Assembly: GCA_016926395.1 (NCBI GenBank)
Contig: JAFGOT010000002.1
Location: 1 to 12,110, forward strand
Source: Candidatus Woesearchaeota archaeon
GTDB lineage: Archaea; Nanobdellota; Nanobdellia; Woesearchaeales; SKGA01
Length of the DNA: 12,110 bases
Direction of reading: 5' to 3'
This document shows, in pieces, positions 7,584 through 12,110 of this stretch. Each line of letters starts with the position of its first letter. Within the stretch, counting starts at the first letter, position 1. A program made the translations under genes and the position numbers. Under the pieces are notes generated by a model that saw nothing but the letters and a program-made list of their open reading frames with translations, searched no databases and was not told the origin of the DNA.

Positions 7584-8045
7584 TTATTCTTTTAACGTTG
7601 CAGCTAAAGAATCAACTTTTAGAAGTAAGTCCAGAGCATCATTTATTGAGGTTACAATAATATCAACATTAGTTAAAATTTTTGGATGAATACCTTCTCC
7701 TTGAAGAGTTGCAATTCTTAATTTTGCATGTCTAAACATCCCAATATCAATTCGTGCATTTCCTATTGCCACCGTCGTATCTTTATCAAATTTCTTCATT
7801 GCATGTTCTTTTTGAGTCTCAGTTCCCGCAACCAAAACTTCAATTCCCAAGTCACTTGCAATATTTTTTGCAGTTCCTCTTTGGTCTCCAGTTAGAAGAA
7901 TTATTTTAAAGCCAAGATTTTTCAAATTACTTATTCTACTTTGCACCCCTTCAACAATTTTGCCATGAACAGATAAAGTACCATTCAAATCAAGAACAAT
8001 AGTATTTAGTTCCATTTCGACATTATGTTGTAAAGTGTATTTCAT
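7584..8045 (-). CDS. Soluble P-type-ATPase-like HAD phosphatase (COG4087 type). Start is 8045 or 8048.
   Basis: IVLDLNGTL (cf. DKTGT), LLTGD, K, AIGNARID and ATLQGEG, with no transmembrane segments. TTTATAAA (8069-8076) is 23 nt from ATG 8045, the same spacing as at trmI. Confidence 0.9.
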   Translation of the reverse strand: MKYTLQHNVEMELNTIVLDLNGTLSVHGKIVEGVQSRISNLKNLGFKIILLTGDQRGTAKNIASDLGIEVLVAGTETQKEHAMKKFDKDTTVAIGNARIDIGMFRHAKLRIATLQGEGIHPKILTNVDIIVTSINDALDLLLKVDSLAATLKE

Positions 8046-8127
8046 CATTATTAATTCAATAAGTCTTATTTATAAATGATTTGATTATGATAAGTTTTTT
8101 AACTAAAAAAATAATTGAAAAAAGAAC

Positions 8128-8454
8128 ATGAAAGAAAAAGTAAGTGAATTTGCAGAAAAGGTATATTCTAATCTTAAGAAAGTTCCAAAAGGCAAAGTAA
8201 CAACATATAGAGAACTCGCTAAATCAATTAACTCCAAATCATATCAAGCAATAGGTCAAGTTCTAAGAAGAAATCCGTTTGCACCAATCGTTCCATGTCA
8301 CCGTGTTGTAAAATCAAATGGACAAATTGGCGGTTTTATGGGTGAAACCAATGGCGCGGCAGTAGCTAAAAAAATCAATTTATTAAAATCTGAAGGAATC
8401 TTCGTCAAAGACAATTGTGTTGTCGATTTTGAAAATAAACTGTTCAAATTTTAG
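8128..8454 (+). CDS. ogt: Minimal single-domain O6-alkylguanine-DNA alkyltransferase (MGMT family)
   Basis: VPKGKVTTY.ELA, NP...IVPCHRVV with the acceptor Cys intact, GG(F) and K..LL..EG. The N-terminal domain is absent. Confidence 0.93.
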   Translation: MKEKVSEFAEKVYSNLKKVPKGKVTTYRELAKSINSKSYQAIGQVLRRNPFAPIVPCHRVVKSNGQIGGFMGETNGAAVAKKINLLKSEGIFVKDNCVVDFENKLFKF

Positions 8455-8663
8455 ACTATTTTTAATTTCGGATAATTTTCCTCAATCATTTCATGAAAAT
8501 ATTCATCAGAATTGTTTGAATTTACTAAAGCCTCATAGATTTCTTCACCCACCATTTTATATCTGTACAAGACCCCATTAGCCAACTCTATTTCCAACGT
8601 CGATTCGTTTTTATCATATCCAACCGATCGAATATCTCTTGAAGACATCATTTGCCTGTCCAT
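8451..8663 (-). CDS. KTSC domain protein. Start revised from TTG 8666 to ATG 8663.
   Basis: SS.I.SVGYD.....LEIE..NG..Y.Y..V.E.IYEAL..S....YF...I...YP matches the KTSC pattern. SD AAAGGTG at 8671-8677 on the minus strand is 7 nt from the ATG. Confidence 0.88.
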   Translation of the reverse strand: MDRQMMSSRDIRSVGYDKNESTLEIELANGVLYRYKMVGEEIYEALVNSNNSDEYFHEMIEENYPKLKIV

Positions 8664-8718
8664 CAAAATACACCTTTAAAGCAAGATTAAGAGGTTATAG
8701 AATATATATGTTACTATA

Positions 8719-8734
8719 TCTATTTATAAATAGA
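8719..8734. promoter_or_regulatory. Perfect 16-bp palindrome TCTATTTATAAATAGA containing a TATA box upstream of KTSC
   Basis: The sequence equals its own reverse complement and has TTTATAAA at 8723-8730. Confidence 0.5.
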
Positions 8735-8770
8735 ACTATTAAGAACTCAATATTCAAAAAATGAAGAAGT

Positions 8771-8784
8771 AAAAAAAATAAAAA
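8771..8784 (-). terminator. Oligo-T tract downstream of the YceI gene (archaeal-type terminator)
   Basis: The minus strand reads TTTTTATTTTTTTT a few nt after the stop codon at 8790. Confidence 0.45.
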
Positions 8785-8789
8785 TGAAC

Positions 8790-9374
8790 TTAAACTACAA
8801 GTTCAAAAGCAATCCTAACATCTTTGTTGATAGCCACATATTTAATGTTAAAAGGGGTTGTATCAAGCAAGAAATCAGCTTTTATACCACCCTCAACCAA
8901 TCCTATAGGAAAACTTATTGTTTTTGTAACTCCATGAAATGTTAAATCAGCAAACATAGTAGAAGAGTCATAATCAATTTTTGTTGACTGAATAGTTATT
9001 TGTGGATAAACTTCAACATCAAAAAAATCATCACTTTTCAAATGATTATTCAAACCATCAATTCCAGCATCAACTGTTGAAGGATCAATAGTCCCTCTAG
9101 CAGCAACAAGTTTATCTCCTTCAAAACCTAAATCTCCACTCCAAGAACCAAAAGTTCCAACATGACTTTTACCCGGAGCATATCCTTCAAATTCAAAAGA
9201 AGAAGAATCCATATTTATTGGCTTCCAAGTCACAGCACTTAAATCCGTAGCCTGTGTTGAGATGTCACTAACACTTGCAGATTCTATATCATCTGGAACA
9301 GAAGTACAAGCAACAAAAGAGAACATTGAAATTACAACCAAAACTAACAATAATTGTTTAACATTAAATTTCAT
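8790..9374 (-). CDS. YceI family lipid/polyisoprenoid-binding lipoprotein. Start revised from 9425 to ATG 9374.
   Basis: YceI motifs: HVGTF..WSG, ID..TVDAG....NNHLKSDDFFDVE.YPQIT..ST, DLTFHGVTK.ISF. Signal peptide with lipobox-like FVAC. SD GGTGA at 9380-9384 is 5 nt from ATG 9374. Confidence 0.92.
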   Translation of the reverse strand: MKFNVKQLLLVLVVISMFSFVACTSVPDDIESASVSDISTQATDLSAVTWKPINMDSSSFEFEGYAPGKSHVGTFGSWSGDLGFEGDKLVAARGTIDPSTVDAGIDGLNNHLKSDDFFDVEVYPQITIQSTKIDYDSSTMFADLTFHGVTKTISFPIGLVEGGIKADFLLDTTPFNIKYVAINKDVRIAFELVV

Positions 9375-9500
9375 AAATTTCACCAAACCTAACCCAAGAA
9401 ACCAATAACCAACAGATAAAGTCAAAATTCAATTTAAAAGGTTTGTGAAAATAAAACTCACTACACAAAACTTAAAAAGACATAGATAAAGAGAAAAACC

Positions 9501-10481
9501 ATGAGAAAGCACAATATTCAAGCCAACAAAAAGAAAGAAATAGATGAAAAGCAATGTTTGGCTAAAACTAAGAATGGAAATACTTGCCAAAGAAAAGCAA
9601 AGAAAGGTCAAGATTATTGTGGAATACATTTGAAAAAAAATAAAGAAAAAGAAGAAAAAAGATTTCTTAAAGGAGTTAATATTTATGGAATAGTATTGTT
9701 ATTGGCAACAAGTTTCTTAATTTATGTAAGCACAATAAAAGTAATAAAAGAACAATCAAATCAAATATTTAGATTTCTTGGAGTTAATACAACAACAATA
9801 GTTCCAATAATAATGTTATTTGCAGCAATAATAGGAATAAAATTGTTAAAAAGTAAGAAAATAAATTGGTATGCAAGATCTAGCTTTTTCCTAGCGTCGA
9901 TAATAATAGTTTTCTCAGCCAGTTTAGCGTTAAATCAAATTCAAAATAATTTCTCATTCGAAAAAGAAATAAAACCAAACGAAAAAAACCACCTAATAAA
10001 AGAAGATTTTGAAATAATCGAAAATCTCCATTGTTTTAGTTCAAAATATGTTGAAGCAGTTTATGGAGATAAATTAACGTGTCAAATAATATTTAAACAA
10101 AAAAAATATTCAAAATATAATCTTACAAATATAAGAATTAACGATGAAACTATAGAAATAGAACATATCAACTATGGAAGTAACAAAGTAAAAGAAGACG
10201 AAAAATCAACATTAGTCGCATTCAATATTCAAAACCCATTAGTAGAAAACGAACAAAATAATATAAGCTTTTTCTACAAAAAAAACGAGACAAGTAACAA
10301 AATATTTCTAGGAAATGTGCAAACAGACATGAATTATATGAGCGCAAGCGAAGCCGCAAACATAAAGAATGAAAAAATAAAAAACACCGTTTCATTCTTA
10401 ACTCTAAGCATCACAATCACATTTGGAGCAATATTTGTAGGAATAAAACATTTAAGAGACATTATAGAGGAGAGAAAATAA
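9501..10481 (+). CDS. Membrane protein with an N-terminal CCCH zinc-finger-like motif (DUF5763-like) and about four TM helices
   Basis: C-X9-C-X10-C-X2-H (CLAKTKNGNTCQRKAKKGQDYCGIH, 9555-9629) in a Lys-rich region. It is followed by three hydrophobic segments, a roughly 150-aa hydrophilic domain and a C-terminal hydrophobic segment. Confidence 0.8.
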   Translation: MRKHNIQANKKKEIDEKQCLAKTKNGNTCQRKAKKGQDYCGIHLKKNKEKEEKRFLKGVNIYGIVLLLATSFLIYVSTIKVIKEQSNQIFRFLGVNTTTIVPIIMLFAAIIGIKLLKSKKINWYARSSFFLASIIIVFSASLALNQIQNNFSFEKEIKPNEKNHLIKEDFEIIENLHCFSSKYVEAVYGDKLTCQIIFKQKKYSKYNLTNIRINDETIEIEHINYGSNKVKEDEKSTLVAFNIQNPLVENEQNNISFFYKKNETSNKIFLGNVQTDMNYMSASEAANIKNEKIKNTVSFLTLSITITFGAIFVGIKHLRDIIEERK

Positions 10482-10482
10482 A

Positions 10483-11241
10483 ATGCAATTAATATCATGG
10501 AATGTTAATGGCCTTCGTGCTGTTGAAAAAAAAGGTTTTGTTGATTTTGTTAGAGAATATACTCCAGATATTCTTTGCTTACAAGAAACAAAAGCTCAAG
10601 AAGATCAACTATCAAGTCAAATAAAAAACATTGATGGGTATACCTCTTACTTCTCTTCTGCTGTAAAGAAAGGATATAGTGGAACCGCAATTTATACCAG
10701 ACACAAACCATTAAGAGTTATTCACAACATAGGAGTTGAGGAAATAGATAATGAAGGTAGAGTTCTAGCAATTGAACTTCAAGACTTTTTTGTTGTTACA
10801 ACTTATGTTCCAAACGCGCAACCTGAATTAGTTCGTATGGATTTTAGACTGAAATATGAAAAAGAAATTCTTAAGTTCTTAAAAAAGTTAGAAAAAGAAA
10901 AACCCATAATTCTTTGTGGTGATTTAAACGTTGCTCACCAAGAAATTGATCTAACAAATCCTAAAGCCAACAGAGGCAATCCAGGATTTAGTGATGAAGA
11001 AAGAGAAGCATTCACAAATTTACTAAATAACGGATTTACAGACACATTCAGAGCACTTCATCCAGAAGAAATAAAATACAGCTGGTGGAGTTATCGATTT
11101 AGCGCTAGAGCTAAGAATATTGGTTGGCGTATAGATTATTTTGTTGTGAGTGAAAGTTTCATGCCAAAAGTTATCGAAGCAGACATTCTAAACGAAATAA
11201 TGGGAAGCGATCATTGCCCAGTTTATCTAAAAATAAAATGA
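10483..11241 (+). CDS. xth: Exodeoxyribonuclease III / AP endonuclease
   Basis: ISWNVNGLRA, LCLQETK, GYSG, EGRV, YVPN, GDLNVAH..ID, DTFR, YSWWSYR, GWRIDY and GSDHCPV are all present. Confidence 0.98.
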   Translation: MQLISWNVNGLRAVEKKGFVDFVREYTPDILCLQETKAQEDQLSSQIKNIDGYTSYFSSAVKKGYSGTAIYTRHKPLRVIHNIGVEEIDNEGRVLAIELQDFFVVTTYVPNAQPELVRMDFRLKYEKEILKFLKKLEKEKPIILCGDLNVAHQEIDLTNPKANRGNPGFSDEEREAFTNLLNNGFTDTFRALHPEEIKYSWWSYRFSARAKNIGWRIDYFVVSESFMPKVIEADILNEIMGSDHCPVYLKIK

Positions 11242-11337
11242 GAAAAAATAATTCAACAAGTGCTACCGAAGGTGCACAACGATGCCTACCGTTAGTTGGC
11301 ACCATAGTCCAGTTTATCTAAAAATAAAATAAGAAAA
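11212..11337 (+). repeat. 35-bp direct repeat (11212-11246 and 11303-11337, 32/35 identical, 22-bp exact core) duplicating the 3' end of xth and flanking a 56-bp insert
   Basis: CATTGCCCAGTTTATCTAAAAATAAAATGAGAAAA versus CATAGTCCAGTTTATCTAAAAATAAAATAAGAAAA. Confidence 0.9.
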
Positions 11338-11342
11338 GAACA

Positions 11343-12110
11343 ATGATACCAATAAATTTTCAAAATTCTAGAGGACAAAAACTTGTTGGTAAGATTAGTC
11401 CAGGACCTCTTCCAACTCCAATAATTATGGTTCAGGGTTTTGGAAGCACCAAAGAAGAAAATGGTAAATTTGATAAGATTGCAAAAATCATTAACAGAGA
11501 AGGATATCCTGTTTTTCAATTTGATTTTGCAGGTTGTGGTGAAAGCGAACATCAAGCCATTAGTCACCAATCTGAAACAGAAGATTTAATTTCTGCAATT
11601 AAATTTTTAGAAAGTCAAGGATTTAAACAATTTGCTTTGTTTGGACATAGCATGGGTGGTTTAATAAGCACCCGCGTTATGAGCAATCCAGATATTGAAA
11701 ACAGAATTAAAGCAATCGTTCTTCTTGCTGCCGCAACTCAATCAATGCAACATTGGTGGGAAGAACAATATTCAGATGAACAAATCAAGAAATTAAAAAA
11801 AGAAGGGGAACTTACTATATCTACACCCCATAATCAATTCCAAAAAGATTTTACAATATCATCAGATATGTTAGAAGAGAGTAAAAACATAAACCAAAAA
11901 GAAATACTTGAAGAAATCCACTGTCCAGTTCTTTTAATTCATGGTGATGAAGATAATTTCGTTCCATTAAAACAATCAGTTGATGCTATGCAATTTTTAT
12001 CAGAAGAATCAGAATTAGTAACCCTAAAAGGAGCAAATCACTTTTTTGAAAAACATATTGAAGAATTGTCAGAAATTAGCGTAGACTTCTTTAATAATTA
12101 CTTAAGAAAA
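11343..12110 (+). CDS. Alpha/beta-fold hydrolase, 3'-partial. It is absent from the supplied ORF track because no stop codon occurs within the window.
   Basis: Hand translation from ATG 11343 gives MIPINFQNSRGQKLVG...MVQGFGS...FDFAGCGESE...GHSMGG (11643-11660)...LLIHGDED.FVP...GANHFF...FFNNYLRK. The Ser-Asp-His triad is intact and the frame is open for 256 codons to the window edge. Confidence 0.95.
   Translation, partial: MIPINFQNSRGQKLVGKISPGPLPTPIIMVQGFGSTKEENGKFDKIAKIINREGYPVFQFDFAGCGESEHQAISHQSETEDLISAIKFLESQGFKQFALFGHSMGGLISTRVMSNPDIENRIKAIVLLAAATQSMQHWWEEQYSDEQIKKLKKEGELTISTPHNQFQKDFTISSDMLEESKNINQKEILEEIHCPVLLIHGDEDNFVPLKQSVDAMQFLSEESELVTLKGANHFFEKHIEELSEISVDFFNNYLRK

Noticed and set aside
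9375-9425. N-terminal extension of YceI from TTG 9425
   Set aside because: ATG 9374 has a well-spaced GGTGA and gives a clean signal peptide. The extension is probably untranslated.
9429-9629. 66-aa hydrophobic minus-strand ORF
   Set aside because: Its Phe/Leu richness is the complement of the A-rich, Lys-rich start of the zinc-finger gene it overlaps.
11251-11297. Integron attC site (ATTCAAC ... GTTAGTT)
   Set aside because: The left end fits RYYYAAC but the right end does not fit GTTRRRY. The 47-bp span is shorter than known attC sites, and no L boxes or integrase are evident.
11212-11337. Repeat-spacer-repeat as a CRISPR mini-array
   Set aside because: Only two copies, the repeat is xth coding sequence, the 56-bp spacer is long and self-complementary, and there are no cas genes or typical repeat ends.
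11212-11337. Diversity-generating retroelement TR/VR pair
   Set aside because: Only three mismatches, one of them not at an adenine, most adenines unchanged, too short, and no reverse transcriptase in the window.
11292-11570. 92-aa minus-strand ORF
   Set aside because: Antisense shadow of the alpha/beta hydrolase, which has full catalytic motifs on the plus strand.
1-12110. Alternative genetic code or programmed frameshifts
   Set aside because: All recognisable proteins are full length under the standard code, and TAA, TAG and TGA each end genes at the expected positions.

Overview
AT-rich, densely packed archaeal chromosomal segment with about 16 protein-coding genes and no rRNA, tRNA, CRISPR array or transposase that I can see. 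Archaeal origin is supported by ABCE1/Rli1, TrmI, a stand-alone Lrp/AsnC RAM-domain protein, GGTGA-type Shine-Dalgarno sites and TATA boxes. The short genes and minimal spacers suggest a DPANN (Woesearchaeota-like) host, but that is inference. Gene order: ABCE1 (5'-truncated), flavodoxin, orphan, divergent glycogen-synthase-like GT5, RAM-domain protein, trmI, HAD phosphatase, lipoprotein, HIT hydrolase, soluble P-type-ATPase-like HAD, minimal Ogt, KTSC, YceI lipoprotein, CCCH-zinc-finger membrane protein, exonuclease III, and an alpha/beta hydrolase that runs off the right edge and is missing from the supplied ORF track. The main observations not explained by this gene list are five. (1) A GC-rich hairpin insert flanked by a 35-bp duplication of the xth 3' end. 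(2) A loose cluster of nucleic-acid end-healing/repair and nucleotide-sanitising genes. (3) A membrane-tethered zinc finger. (4) Unexpected synonymous-codon identity between the two ATPase halves of ABCE1. (5) Substitutions at signature residues in Ogt, the GT5 enzyme and KTSC. Most of the window looks like ordinary housekeeping or accessory content, and I cannot demonstrate a new system from sequence alone.
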